Assembly (NCBI GenBank): GCA_041663145.1
Contig: JBAZRG010000001.1
Span: 10,467-74,466, forward strand
Length of the DNA stretch: 64,000 nucleotides
Source of the DNA: Minisyncoccota bacterium
Lineage (GTDB): Bacteria > Patescibacteriota > Minisyncoccia > Phycocordibacterales > PALSA-1337
Reading direction: 5' to 3'
In this document: one piece after another, positions 37,438 through 47,594 of the stretch
Layout: each line of letters opens with the position of its first letter
Numbering within the stretch: the stretch's first letter is position 1
Made by a program: the position numbers and the translations under genes
The notes under the pieces: model-generated
Seen by the model: only the letters and a program-made list of their open reading frames with translations
Told to the model about the DNA's origin: nothing
Database searches by the model: none

Positions 37438-37512
37438 ACTGCACCTCTATTGTTGAATTGTTTTGTACTGGTTTAAAGCGTTCTTCTGTGAGGGTATCAT
37501 AAATTCTAGCGA

Positions 37513-37541
37513 TTGACAATATGGAATCTTCATAATATAGT
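37513..37541 (+). promoter_or_regulatory. sigma70-like promoter TTGACA-N17-TATAGT for the radical SAM operon
   Basis: ttgaca atatggaatcttcataa tatagt; GGAGG Shine-Dalgarno 5 nt before the ATG at 37597. Confidence 0.5.
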
Positions 37542-37596
37542 CGCACAAGAAGTCAGGGTTTAATAACGAACTTTGACATAACAAATGGAGGTGTTT

Positions 37597-39192
37597 ATGG
37601 CTAATAAGATCGGTTTAGTGACTCCTCCTTCTCAATCTCATCGGACTGCTGAGGAAACATTGGGTCTCGGTTATTTGGGTGCAGAATTACGCGCCCATGG
37701 TTACGATGTATGTATTGTTGACGGATGGTTACAATCGCTATCGACGGACGAAATCCTCGATAAGTTAGATTCCGGTACGAGACCTTCCGTTGTGGGAGTG
37801 TCATCGTACTGGTCGAATATAGGACAAGCAGTTGAACTATTGACTGCTCTGCGAAAGCGCTTTGGCGACATTCCAGTGATATGTGGTGGGTACGGACCGA
37901 CTTTCCACGAGAGGGTGTTCTTGGAAAAAGGCTTCACCGCAGTAGTTAAGGGTGAGACAGAACACATTATCGTTCGATTGGTCGATGCATTGCTGTCTGG
38001 GAAATGTTTGGAACTGATTCCAGGCGTGTTCTTCTTGAAGGCTGGCGTGCTGAATGGGACCGACTGTAGTCAGCCTGTTCAAGATCTCGATCAGTTAGAG
38101 TTTCCAAGTCGAGACACATTACAATCCGCGATCCAGCAAAAGAACTTTGTTCACGTCTGTACTTCACGTGGCTGCGACGGCCACTGCAACTTTTGCTCGG
38201 TATTTTCATTTGCGGCAATGGCTTCGCGTCAACGGCGTTGGAGACAGAGAAGCATTCGGAATATCGTGGATGAAATTCGGTCTCTTCACGAGCGTTTCGG
38301 CGTGACACATTTCAAGTTTGTGGATGATAGTTTTCTTGAATCGCCACGAGACTTGGCATGGGTCGAACACTTCTGCAGAGAACTTGCACGGTATTCACTG
38401 CAGATTAAATTCAGAACACAGGTTCGGGCAGAACGTCTGAATCAAGAGGTTGTGCATACCTTGAAGGAAGCCGGGTGGTTCTCTACAAGCATTGGCGTGG
38501 AAAACTTTTCCAGGGCTGCGCTTAGGCGCATGGCGAAGTCTGCTAGCAGAGAAGATAATATTTTGGCGGTTGAACTTCTAACCGCGAAGAAAATCTACAC
38601 GCAAATGGGACTGATCTTGTTCGATCCGTTCACAACAATGGATGAATTGTCTGAAAATCTCGGATTCCTACAGAAATATCGGTGGCCTGTGACAAAGGGC
38701 GTTTTCACTGAAATGTACGCCGCTGAAGGGACCATCTTTTCAAGGAATCTCGATCGAAACGGGCTGCTTCGGAAGGACCCTCTATTGCAGAATCACAGCT
38801 ATTGGATTCATAATCCTCGCGCTCGCCGAGCCTACGACATGTTGAAAGCTTGGCATAGGTCACATTCAGTAGTTTATGACTGGGTCATAGACTCGCTCAC
38901 TGCGCCGAAAGTCCTTATCGAAGAGGACTACAATCGAGTGTACGTATTATTCAGTAGGCTACAAGCACTCGATCTTGACTTCTTTGAAAAGGTTCTTGAA
39001 CATGTGGTCGAAAAGGAAATCGAAACCGACCATGCGTTTGTGCAGGAGGTTGTCGCACGCTCGGCCGAGACATATACGTCGGTTGAGTCTAAAATTGAAG
39101 GGGTATACCGTAGCAACGGCTTAAGCTACATGGCCGTACCGAATCCGTTCCTTGGCCAAGCATGGTCTGGGGACACAAACGAAAGCAGATAA
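37597..39192 (+). CDS. B12-binding (class B) radical SAM protein
   Basis: N-terminal Rossmann-like B12-binding domain; radical SAM cluster motif CDGHCNFC (CxxxCxxC); ~200-aa C-terminal domain. Confidence 0.75.
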   Translation: MANKIGLVTPPSQSHRTAEETLGLGYLGAELRAHGYDVCIVDGWLQSLSTDEILDKLDSGTRPSVVGVSSYWSNIGQAVELLTALRKRFGDIPVICGGYGPTFHERVFLEKGFTAVVKGETEHIIVRLVDALLSGKCLELIPGVFFLKAGVLNGTDCSQPVQDLDQLEFPSRDTLQSAIQQKNFVHVCTSRGCDGHCNFCSVFSFAAMASRQRRWRQRSIRNIVDEIRSLHERFGVTHFKFVDDSFLESPRDLAWVEHFCRELARYSLQIKFRTQVRAERLNQEVVHTLKEAGWFSTSIGVENFSRAALRRMAKSASREDNILAVELLTAKKIYTQMGLILFDPFTTMDELSENLGFLQKYRWPVTKGVFTEMYAAEGTIFSRNLDRNGLLRKDPLLQNHSYWIHNPRARRAYDMLKAWHRSHSVVYDWVIDSLTAPKVLIEEDYNRVYVLFSRLQALDLDFFEKVLEHVVEKEIETDHAFVQEVVARSAETYTSVESKIEGVYRSNGLSYMAVPNPFLGQAWSGDTNESR

Positions 39193-39194
39193 CT

Positions 39195-40331
39195 ATGAAT
39201 GTTCATGGATCGCAAATTGAAAACATCGGTTGGACTCTTGGAAACGACTGTCCGTACCGATGTCCTCACTGCTATTCGCATATCGTCCGAAATAGAGGAC
39301 GCAACCTCGAAATCGCGGATGCGGATCGTATCATCAGTCAGTTACAGAAGATTGGCGTCAAGTCGGTGAACCTCGGAGGAAATGAGCCAATCTATACGAG
39401 CGGTATTGATCCGAGGAAAACAATACTGCCTTACATCATCAGGTCGTTGTACGATGCCAAGATTGCCGTAGGGTTGACAACTGCAGGTATCACTCTCGTG
39501 TGTTTGGAACGCTTGTTTCCGGACACGATACCGATGCTCAATGATGTTGATATCAGCCTCGACAGTCCGTTTCCGGACGAACACAACAAGAATCGGGGAG
39601 CTCCGCTCTTCAATCTTGCTCTCAAAGCGATAGGGATTTGCCGTGAATACGGCACTGAACGGACAATAGTCGTGTGCGGTATGCGCTGGAATCTTTCCGA
39701 TAGGCACCTTATCGCGCTTGCGGAGCTCGCTCGGAGTCATAAGGCCCTGATACGCATAAACTTCATGAAACCGACCGAGGCGAAACACATGTCTCTGGTT
39801 CCAGATGTTGAACAGTTCTACCACGCGTGCCAGTTTCTTTTTTCGCAATGCAAGGTAGTCGAGATTGGCGAGCCGCTAGGTTCGACGATGGTAGGTCAGG
39901 GTTCGAGAGGATGTCCTTGTGGAACGAAGTCGTTCCGCATACATTCGATCGACACATCTGGACGAGTTCAAGTCAGTCCGTGCGTGTACGCACACGATTA
40001 CCGAGTGGGGGATCTGCTAAAGGATGATCTGTCCGTGATCCTTGGGAGCCCTCAATTCGAGGTCTTCCGGAACAGACGCAGTAATCCAGAAACAATAAAG
40101 GAGTGCGTCGGCTGTCAGCATCTGCTCCTATGCAGGGGCGGTTGCACATCTCGCGCATATCTATGGTCCCAGTTCACTGGTGGGAACATTCCCGCACAGA
40201 ACGCTAAAGATCCGTATTGCATATGGGACTTCACAGGCAGTACAACTTGCCATGTTCCAACTAGGACGAAACAGGATGTATTGCTGGTTCATCGTGACTA
40301 CTTGTGCACTGTGATCGTGGATCCGTCGTGA
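39195..40331 (+). CDS. radical SAM protein with C-terminal SPASM domain
   Basis: CPYRCPHC (CxxxCxxC) near the N-terminus; C-terminal CPCG...C...CVGCQHLLLCRGGC SPASM-type cysteine array. Start at the ATG 3 nt after the upstream stop. Confidence 0.75.
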   Translation: MNVHGSQIENIGWTLGNDCPYRCPHCYSHIVRNRGRNLEIADADRIISQLQKIGVKSVNLGGNEPIYTSGIDPRKTILPYIIRSLYDAKIAVGLTTAGITLVCLERLFPDTIPMLNDVDISLDSPFPDEHNKNRGAPLFNLALKAIGICREYGTERTIVVCGMRWNLSDRHLIALAELARSHKALIRINFMKPTEAKHMSLVPDVEQFYHACQFLFSQCKVVEIGEPLGSTMVGQGSRGCPCGTKSFRIHSIDTSGRVQVSPCVYAHDYRVGDLLKDDLSVILGSPQFEVFRNRRSNPETIKECVGCQHLLLCRGGCTSRAYLWSQFTGGNIPAQNAKDPYCIWDFTGSTTCHVPTRTKQDVLLVHRDYLCTVIVDPS

Positions 40332-40346
40332 TCGTTCCTTGTCAAC

Positions 40347-40382
40347 GAGAGTCGTGGCAGTATGCCCCGACTCTCTTTTTTA
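40347..40382 (+). terminator. Rho-independent terminator after radical SAM pair
   Basis: GAGAGTCG-loop-CGACTCTC followed by TTTTTT. Confidence 0.6.
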
Positions 40383-40457
40383 TTGACTGCGAACATTGTG
40401 TCATTTTATGCTAATATGGTTCCATCGTTTTAATAATGTAATCTCTCATGAAACATC

Positions 40458-40823
40458 ATGGATACAAAACCAAAGAGCAGTAATATTGTCAGTGCCAAAG
40501 ATTTTTTAGGAAAAGTAGTGCAAGTCACTATTGATAGGCCACTAAATTCAAAGCATCATAAATTTGGTTGGGAGTATAAACTTAATTATGGATTTATACC
40601 GGACACCATGTCTGCGGATGGGGAGGAGCTGGACGCGTATGTTATGGGATCCGATGAACCAATCGCGACATTTAAAGGCAAGTGTATAGCTGTAGTACAT
40701 CGCACAAATGATGACGACGACAAACTTATTGTCGTACCAGAAGAAATGGAATTTACGGACGAGCAGATCGTATCTGCCACAAATTTCCAGGAACAGTATT
40801 TCAAATCCGTAATATTGCGATAG
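40458..40823 (+). CDS. short inorganic pyrophosphatase-like protein (family I fold fragment)
   Basis: NYGFIPDTMSADGEELDAYVMG...DDKLIVV aligns with PPase NYGFIPQT..DGDPLDVLV..DDKIIAV. At 121 aa it is much shorter than canonical PPase. Has its own TTGACT / TGCTAATAT promoter. Confidence 0.45.
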   Translation: MDTKPKSSNIVSAKDFLGKVVQVTIDRPLNSKHHKFGWEYKLNYGFIPDTMSADGEELDAYVMGSDEPIATFKGKCIAVVHRTNDDDDKLIVVPEEMEFTDEQIVSATNFQEQYFKSVILR

Positions 40824-40895
40824 GTATAGAGCGAGTCAGTGAATGTTTAAAAAAAAGACCATCCGAGCGGATAGCCTTGTAGGGACGGATGGAAT

Positions 40896-41486
40896 TCACT
40901 TTCGAGACAGTTTGTCTGCAATAGATTGGTGAATCTCGTCTATTGTTTGGTTCGCATCGATAACGAGCCAATTGTTTTCTGTTGCGAGACGCAGGAAGAT
41001 TTTCCGCTGTCGCTGGAAGAATGCTGCGCCAAGGTTATCGAACCTTGAGTGAGTAGGCTTAGCAACGTTCCTGCTCATCGCTTCGCCCGGGTCCAGATCC
41101 AGTAGCACTGTGGTCGGAGCGAAGCTAGCCGGACAGACAGTCTTTACTAGTCTGTTTAGAAACTCAGTATCGAAGTTAGCGTCTTCGAAGTAACTGAGAA
41201 GAGAACCTACGCCTCTATCGCAGATAATGTTGGCCCCCTTCGCCACCTCCGGTCCGATTATCTCGGAAAAAAGGTGTGCTTTACAGCAGAGGAATGCGAA
41301 CAGTTCGGCCTCCTTTGTAATTGGAGTGTCTGCCGTAAGGATAGACTTGATCTGTCGACCAAGCTGTGTACTTTCAAGGTCCTTGACGATTATGGAGCGC
41401 TGGCCTTGACGTTCGAACCAGTGATTGAGAAGTCGGCATTGAGTCGTTTTGCCGACACCGTCGATACCTTCGATCTCTATTATCAT
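40896..41486 (-). CDS. tmk: thymidylate kinase
   Basis: P-loop IEGIDGVGKTTQ; DRGVGS lid region; 196 aa. Confidence 0.8.
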   Translation of the reverse strand: MIIEIEGIDGVGKTTQCRLLNHWFERQGQRSIIVKDLESTQLGRQIKSILTADTPITKEAELFAFLCCKAHLFSEIIGPEVAKGANIICDRGVGSLLSYFEDANFDTEFLNRLVKTVCPASFAPTTVLLDLDPGEAMSRNVAKPTHSRFDNLGAAFFQRQRKIFLRLATENNWLVIDANQTIDEIHQSIADKLSRK

Positions 41487-41592
41487 ATTTATGTGCCTTT
41501 CTTTGGAGATTGTCTATTTTGGATGTTACACATTATTTGATCATTTGTAAACGCTTGCTTTGTCATACTAAATTCACTAGTACTTAACCCAC

Positions 41593-42072
41593 CTAACCCC
41601 TCAAAACCTCTTCCAACACAGCCTTAACATCGCCACCGTCAGCTTTGCCGGCAAGCTCCTTGGTGATGAGTCCGGTAAGTTTGCCGATCTGAGATGCTTT
41701 ATTGGGGTTTGATTCGTCATATTTACCTTCGGCTTTTAGAGCCGGTAGACGAGTCAGGATGAATTCCTTTATGGCATCACGACCCAGGGACTCTGGCATG
41801 AATGATTCCAAAATCTCGAGTTCCAGTTGTTCTTTTTTGACCAGATCGGTACGGCCACCTTTGGTGAATTGTTCGATCGAATCTCTGTGCTGTTTTACAC
41901 TGCGTTTTACGAGTGGAAGAGCTTGTTCATCGGAGAGAAACGGAGTATCGATCTTGCTGGCGATCATTTCATTTTGAAATAAAGCATTCAAACCGCGCAA
42001 GGTATCGAGGCGAACCTGATCTCTGGCGCGCATCGCTTCGATTATTTGGTTTTTGATGGTTTGGTGTAGCAT
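41593..42072 (-). CDS. yqeY: GatB/YqeY domain protein
   Basis: IKNQIIEAMRARDQVRLDTLRGL and the C-terminal LEEVLRG resemble YqeY. Start taken at the internal ATG. Confidence 0.6.
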   Translation of the reverse strand: MLHQTIKNQIIEAMRARDQVRLDTLRGLNALFQNEMIASKIDTPFLSDEQALPLVKRSVKQHRDSIEQFTKGGRTDLVKKEQLELEILESFMPESLGRDAIKEFILTRLPALKAEGKYDESNPNKASQIGKLTGLITKELAGKADGGDVKAVLEEVLRG

Positions 42073-42088
42073 GATAATATAATAGCAT

Positions 42089-43228
42089 ATGGATAATATA
42101 CTCGTCATTTTAGTCGTTATAGCCGTCCTCGTAAATATCGCTTTCATGATTGCTTTTTTTCGTAAGAAAAATGGCGCATCGGCTCCGGAAGAAAACAGCG
42201 GACTAAAGATGGTTATGGAACAAATGAATGCCAATATGCACGAACTCTCGCGAACTGTTGAACGTCAAGTCAAAGATCTGTCTAGGACTGTCGATACAAA
42301 GGTAGATGGCCTCACAAAATCAGTCGATACAAAGATGCACGAATCAGCCCGTTCGATGCAGGATTCGATGAAGACCCAACTCTCGGAATCGTCAAAACTC
42401 ATAAAAGAAGTAACCGAAGGTCTGACCAAACTCGATGAGACAAATCGTCAAGTTGTCTCATTTGCCGATCAGCTTCAAAATCTGCAGGATATATTGAAGA
42501 ATCCCAAACATCGCGGAATACTGGGTGAATATTATCTGGAAACTTTACTCAAAAATGTCTTGGCGCCCGGTCAGTATCAGATGCAATACGCTTTCGCTAA
42601 TGGTGAGATCGTCGATGCCGTTGTCTTCATCAGAGACAAGATCATACCGATCGACTCGAAGTTTTCATTGGAGAATTACAATAAGTTGGCTGAAGAAAAA
42701 AATCCCGTCGAAAGGGAGAAGTTGGAAAAAGCTTTTGTCGGCGACCTAAAGATCCGTATTCAGGAAACTGCGAAATATGTTCGACCGACGGAAGGTACTA
42801 TGGAGTTCGCTTTTATGTTTATTCCGCACGAGGCCATCTATTATGATCTTTTGGTAAATAAGATCGGAGCAGTGACAGAAGAAACTGACAATCTGATCCA
42901 GCGAGCGGCAAATAAGTACAAAGTTATCATCGTTTCTCCTACTTCATTTCTGGCATATCTTCAGACAGTTCTCCAAGGACTGAAGGCTTTGCAGATCGAG
43001 GAAACCGCCAAGGATATCATCAAGCGCGTCTCTGATCTGGGTACTCATCTCAAGAAATACGAGGAATATCACGGCAAACTAGGAGTATCTCTCGGTACTG
43101 CAGTCAATCATTACAATACGGCTGGCAAGGAACTCAAGAAGGTAGACAAAGACGTCTTGCGCATAACTGGTGATTCACCTGGCATAGAAGTGCCTCTTAT
43201 AGAGCGACCAGAAGTTGCGGATATCTAA
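42089..43228 (+). CDS. rmuC: DNA recombination protein RmuC
   Basis: N-terminal TM helix, long coiled coil, and C-terminal FAFMFIPHEAIYYDLL...VIIVSPTSFLAYLQTV RmuC core. Confidence 0.65.
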   Translation: MDNILVILVVIAVLVNIAFMIAFFRKKNGASAPEENSGLKMVMEQMNANMHELSRTVERQVKDLSRTVDTKVDGLTKSVDTKMHESARSMQDSMKTQLSESSKLIKEVTEGLTKLDETNRQVVSFADQLQNLQDILKNPKHRGILGEYYLETLLKNVLAPGQYQMQYAFANGEIVDAVVFIRDKIIPIDSKFSLENYNKLAEEKNPVEREKLEKAFVGDLKIRIQETAKYVRPTEGTMEFAFMFIPHEAIYYDLLVNKIGAVTEETDNLIQRAANKYKVIIVSPTSFLAYLQTVLQGLKALQIEETAKDIIKRVSDLGTHLKKYEEYHGKLGVSLGTAVNHYNTAGKELKKVDKDVLRITGDSPGIEVPLIERPEVADI

Positions 43229-43251
43229 TATTCATGTATAATGCTTCCACT

Positions 43252-43569
43252 ATGGAATTTGCGGTAATACAGACAGGTGGCAAGCAATATACGGTCTCAA
43301 AAGGCGATACTATCACCATTGAGAAACTTTCCGATGAACACAAAGAAGGTGATGCTGTCGTATTCGACAAAGTCCTACTCGTTGATGACGGTAAAGACAC
43401 GACTATCGGTACCCCGTACATTTCCAAGGCTTCTGTAAAGGGAACTATCACAAAGATCGGTCGTTCTGCCAAGGTTATCGTCGTTCACTACAAACAAAAA
43501 TCTCGTTATTTCAAGAAGAACGGACATCGACAACCTTTCTGTGAGGTCAAGATTGATTCTCTAAAATAA
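43252..43569 (+). CDS. rplU: 50S ribosomal protein L21
   Basis: MEFAVIQTGGKQYTVSKGDTITIEKL N-terminus typical of L21. Confidence 0.85.
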   Translation: MEFAVIQTGGKQYTVSKGDTITIEKLSDEHKEGDAVVFDKVLLVDDGKDTTIGTPYISKASVKGTITKIGRSAKVIVVHYKQKSRYFKKNGHRQPFCEVKIDSLK

Positions 43570-44244
43570 TCACTGCCTGTTTCGAAGCGCATTCCTTATC
43601 GTCTCTCCATCAACATATTCTAGTTCGGCGCCGGTCGAAAGTCCTCTTCCGAGGATCGATATTTTCACAAGGGGAGACGCATCATTGGCAGAATTGGTTT
43701 TGAGGATTCTTTCTAAACCTTCCTTTACAATATCTGTAGTATGTTCACCATCGCTAGTCGTATTCAGAGACAAAATGATCTCAGTAAATGGTGTTTGTTT
43801 GTCGTTTGCGATCGTGATTTTTTCCAATAAAGTTTTTAGACGTATGCGTTTCTCCGGTTCTTTATCTAGTACTGGTACCGTACCACCTAATATGAAATAC
43901 AAACCGTTATACGCTCCGCTTTTTTCAACTGTTTCAAAATCCGAATCTCGCGCCACAATCATAAGGGTCTTTCTATCACGAGACATATCAGAGCAAATAG
44001 AACATGTAGCTGAACTGTCGCTAATAGAATGTGATAAAGATTTTGATTTGGAGGAATTGGTAAAGAAACGGTGACAACTCATGCACTCAGCGGTGCTTTT
44101 CTTGACTTCATCCACAAGTTCGATGAATTCTTTTATATAAGCTGGAGATTTGCTCTGGAGATAATAAACAAAACGTTTGGCTTGTCGTGGGCCAATACCA
44201 GGGAAGTGTCGGAAGATTTCCTCAAGTCGATTTAGATTGTCCAT
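43570..44244 (-). CDS. recR: recombination protein RecR
   Basis: HhH motif FPGIGPRQAKRF, C4 zinc finger CMSCHRF...CSIC and Toprim domain. Start taken at the internal ATG. Confidence 0.85.
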   Translation of the reverse strand: MDNLNRLEEIFRHFPGIGPRQAKRFVYYLQSKSPAYIKEFIELVDEVKKSTAECMSCHRFFTNSSKSKSLSHSISDSSATCSICSDMSRDRKTLMIVARDSDFETVEKSGAYNGLYFILGGTVPVLDKEPEKRIRLKTLLEKITIANDKQTPFTEIILSLNTTSDGEHTTDIVKEGLERILKTNSANDASPLVKISILGRGLSTGAELEYVDGETIRNALRNRQ

Positions 44245-44245
44245 A

Positions 44246-45628
44246 TTATTCAACCTTATCAAAACCGCCGAAATCCGCTTTGTCGATACTGAGAAATGTT
44301 GCTTTCTTGCTATCGAAGAAGAGCTTGACCGTACCTGTCGGACCATTTCTGTGTTTCTCGATCAATATTTCCGCTTCTTCTTTTTTGCCGCCCTGATCCT
44401 GATCGGCTTCGCGATGGATGAACATCACAACGTCAGCATCCTGTTCGATGGAACCGGAATCACGCAAGTCGGAGAGACGAGGTCTGCCACCGCGTTGTTC
44501 GACCGCTCTCGATAGCTGTGAGAGAGCGAGGACTGGCACTTCGAGTTCACGAGCCATGTTTTTGAGCGAGCGTGAGATCTCCGTGACCTGCTGAACGAGA
44601 TTGTCATTGCCCCGGGTCTGAGTCGGTACCATGAGCTGTAGATAGTCGACGACGATGAGACCTAGACCTTTTTCATTTTTCAATCGTCGAGCTACGGCAC
44701 GCATCTTTAGGATATTGTTGCCTGGTTGATCGTCTATGAATATCGGCGCCTCGGAAAGGCGGGCGATAGACTCACCGATAGCCTTGAAGTCGCCTTCGAC
44801 TGATAGATTGTGACCAGTGCGAATCTTCCAAGCATCGACTTGGGATTCGGCAGAAAGCATACGATCGACTAGTTGCTGTGAGCTCATTTCCAGAGAAAAG
44901 ATAGCAACTGGAACTTTGTGATTGACCGATGCTTTTCTGGCTATGTCGAGAGCTAGGGAAGTTTTTCCCATAGATGGTCTAGCCGCCAATATTATGAGAT
45001 CAGACTTCTGGAATCCAGCCAGCTTATTGTCGAGTTCGGGAAAACCAGTATGAACACCACGAATCTCGTCTTTGGTTTTGTGAAGATGATCGAGACGCTC
45101 CCACGCTTCATTCAATGTATCTTTAAGTTGGATGAATTTGTGCGAGCCGGTTTTATTGGTCACCGCATAGAGGGATTTTTCGGCATTTTCCAGAATATCG
45201 TGCAACTCGGACTCTTCATCGTAGCCGAGTCCGGTGATATTTTCGGCTGCCCGCAATAGTTCGCGCATAACATGTTTCTTTTCGACGATCTCGGCATAAT
45301 GGTTTACATTGGTCGATGATGGAACGGTGTTGATGAGTTCGGTTAGGAAAGCCATACCGCCCGACTGATCCAATTCATTTTTTTCCTTGAGTCTGGCTGA
45401 GACAGTGAGAACGTCTATCGGATTATTTTTAGTGTGCAGATCGAGTATGGATTGCCAGATCATTCGGTGCTGATTTGAATAAAATGACTGCTCCCCGACA
45501 ATATCCATAATATCGTGCATCGCTTCACCGCGGATCATTATGGATCCGAGCAATGCTTTTTCCGCCTCAATGCTATGAGGCGGTATTTTCAAATCTTTAG
45601 TTTTGAAATATGGGGAAGCGGTATTCAC
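44246..45628 (-). CDS. dnaB: replicative DNA helicase
   Basis: N-terminal PPHSIEAEKALLGSIM; Walker A ARPSMGKTSLAL; IVVDYLQLM motif. Confidence 0.9.
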   Translation of the reverse strand: MNTASPYFKTKDLKIPPHSIEAEKALLGSIMIRGEAMHDIMDIVGEQSFYSNQHRMIWQSILDLHTKNNPIDVLTVSARLKEKNELDQSGGMAFLTELINTVPSSTNVNHYAEIVEKKHVMRELLRAAENITGLGYDEESELHDILENAEKSLYAVTNKTGSHKFIQLKDTLNEAWERLDHLHKTKDEIRGVHTGFPELDNKLAGFQKSDLIILAARPSMGKTSLALDIARKASVNHKVPVAIFSLEMSSQQLVDRMLSAESQVDAWKIRTGHNLSVEGDFKAIGESIARLSEAPIFIDDQPGNNILKMRAVARRLKNEKGLGLIVVDYLQLMVPTQTRGNDNLVQQVTEISRSLKNMARELEVPVLALSQLSRAVEQRGGRPRLSDLRDSGSIEQDADVVMFIHREADQDQGGKKEEAEILIEKHRNGPTGTVKLFFDSKKATFLSIDKADFGGFDKVE

Positions 45629-45753
45629 GAAATTGATTTTTAATGGAAACGTCTGTCACTGTGTCGAACCATTGTAGCATGTGTGGAATCTTTGCAAATA
45701 TTTAAGTCCAGAGATTTTAGTGGACAAGAGGTGGATATGCTATAGTATCGCCA

Positions 45754-46806
45754 ATGTTTTATAAATACATATTAAAACCTATATTTTTCCGTTTTGATCC
45801 CGAAGTTGTGCATGACTTCATGGTTTCGGTGGGGGAGAAGCTTGGCAGATTTTCAATAGGCCGATTTATAATAGGTCTAATGTACGATTATCGTGGTACA
45901 GACGTGAGCAAAGTCGTCGATGGTATAAGATACCGTACGCCTTTTTTGCTTTCGGCCGGTTTTGACTACAATGGTCAATTGTCAAAGATATTGCCAAAGA
46001 TTGGTCTAGGGGGAGAAGAGGTTGGCTCGGTAACCTCTCGTCATTGCGATGGCAATTCGAAACCGCGATTGATACGTTTACCAAAATCACGAAGCATCAT
46101 AGTCAATAAGGGACTCCGAAATGATGGGGTCGATGTTGTCATTCAGAGATTGAAGCGATCCAAGAGATCAAAAACTCCTTTTATAGTCGGTGTTTCCATA
46201 GCGCGCACAAATGATGCGCAATCTGTGTCGATCCAAGCTGGTATAGATGATTACGTCTATTCATTCAAAAGATTAAATCAAGAAAACGTCGGGGATTATT
46301 ATACGATCAATATCTCATGTCCAAATTCATTCGGAGGTGAAGCTTTCAATACACCGGAGCTCCTGACGAGGTTGCTCACCGCTTTTCGGGAAGTGCCATG
46401 TACAAAGCCATTATATGTAAAAATGCCGATCAATATTCCTTGGAATCAATTCGAGTCTTTGCTCGAAATCATTGTCAAGTTTGGTTTGAATGGGGTAGTT
46501 ATCGGTAATCTAAATAAAAATTATGATGATCTCGACTATCGTGAAGAAGCGCCCGATACGTATAGGGGCGGTCTCTCCGGTAAGCCATGCCGTCTATTGT
46601 CGACTGATCTCATAAGAAAGACTCGCCTCAAATATTCCAAGAATTTCACTATTATCGGAGTTGGCGGAGTTATGTCACCCGAAGATGCCCTAGAGAAATT
46701 TGAGGCGGGTGCTGATCTTATCCAATTGATTACGGGTATTATATTCGAGGGTCCGGGGCTTATTAAAAAGATGTGCGGAGCGTATGCAAAAAGAATAGGG
46801 AAGTGA
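45754..46806 (+). CDS. pyrD: dihydroorotate dehydrogenase (class 2-like)
   Basis: N-terminal FFRFDPEVVHDF and IIGVGGVMSPEDALEKFEAGADLIQLITG FMN-binding motifs. Confidence 0.8.
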   Translation: MFYKYILKPIFFRFDPEVVHDFMVSVGEKLGRFSIGRFIIGLMYDYRGTDVSKVVDGIRYRTPFLLSAGFDYNGQLSKILPKIGLGGEEVGSVTSRHCDGNSKPRLIRLPKSRSIIVNKGLRNDGVDVVIQRLKRSKRSKTPFIVGVSIARTNDAQSVSIQAGIDDYVYSFKRLNQENVGDYYTINISCPNSFGGEAFNTPELLTRLLTAFREVPCTKPLYVKMPINIPWNQFESLLEIIVKFGLNGVVIGNLNKNYDDLDYREEAPDTYRGGLSGKPCRLLSTDLIRKTRLKYSKNFTIIGVGGVMSPEDALEKFEAGADLIQLITGIIFEGPGLIKKMCGAYAKRIGK

Positions 46807-46887
46807 TTTGTTTGACCTGTTCAATTTGATTATTAATTTATTAGAAAACGCGACCGTGTGATCGCGTTTTTGATTGATCTAACTCAT

Positions 46888-47466
46888 TTACATTCCGAAC
46901 ACCCTTGTCGACGGTCGACATAATGGGTTGTTGAGTGATTTACGCATTCTGCGGGGGTGCGGATGGTAAACGTGCTTTTTGGCTACCGTTTCGTTTCGCA
47001 CGTGTAGCTGATCCGAGATACCGGGATTCCTTTTGCAGAATTTCCTATATTCAGACCTGTGTCTTTTGATATCGAGACCAAGCTTGATGCATGTGGCTAC
47101 TTTTCGTCTGATTACGTCATCCGTGTCCCCTTCATAAATGATCGCAGTGGGAACGGTATTTTGAAGTAACTCATCCAGCTGTTTTCGTTGCGGTTTGACA
47201 GGAAACATCTCGACCTTTACGGGCAAATTCTGATCTGCGCAATTAACCAACCAATCGATCTCCTGTCCCCACCTGCACTCTCCTGGATGTGCGGGACGAA
47301 ACTCCTTTATGGGCACAGGTAGACCGTGCCTAGGTCTATGGCTCTTGCGCTTGATCTCACCATTTGCTTTCACCGCCTGCTTATTGGCGAGATAGTGCAA
47401 GGCTTGTTCAATACGATCGTTAATTTCGGATTTCCGATCCAACGTAGTATTTTCAAGAGCTATCAT
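46888..47466 (-). CDS. hypothetical basic protein (192 aa)
   Basis: ORF only; no recognisable motifs. Confidence 0.35.
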   Translation of the reverse strand: MIALENTTLDRKSEINDRIEQALHYLANKQAVKANGEIKRKSHRPRHGLPVPIKEFRPAHPGECRWGQEIDWLVNCADQNLPVKVEMFPVKPQRKQLDELLQNTVPTAIIYEGDTDDVIRRKVATCIKLGLDIKRHRSEYRKFCKRNPGISDQLHVRNETVAKKHVYHPHPRRMRKSLNNPLCRPSTRVFGM

Positions 47467-47594
47467 ACTGAATGTTAGTATATATACAAATGTAAATTTG
47501 TAAACTCCGATTGAAGATCAAAAAATCTTACAATTTATCAAAAAAATTATTGGAATTTTATCAAGAATTTATCTGTCTCTGATAGATTCTTCAG

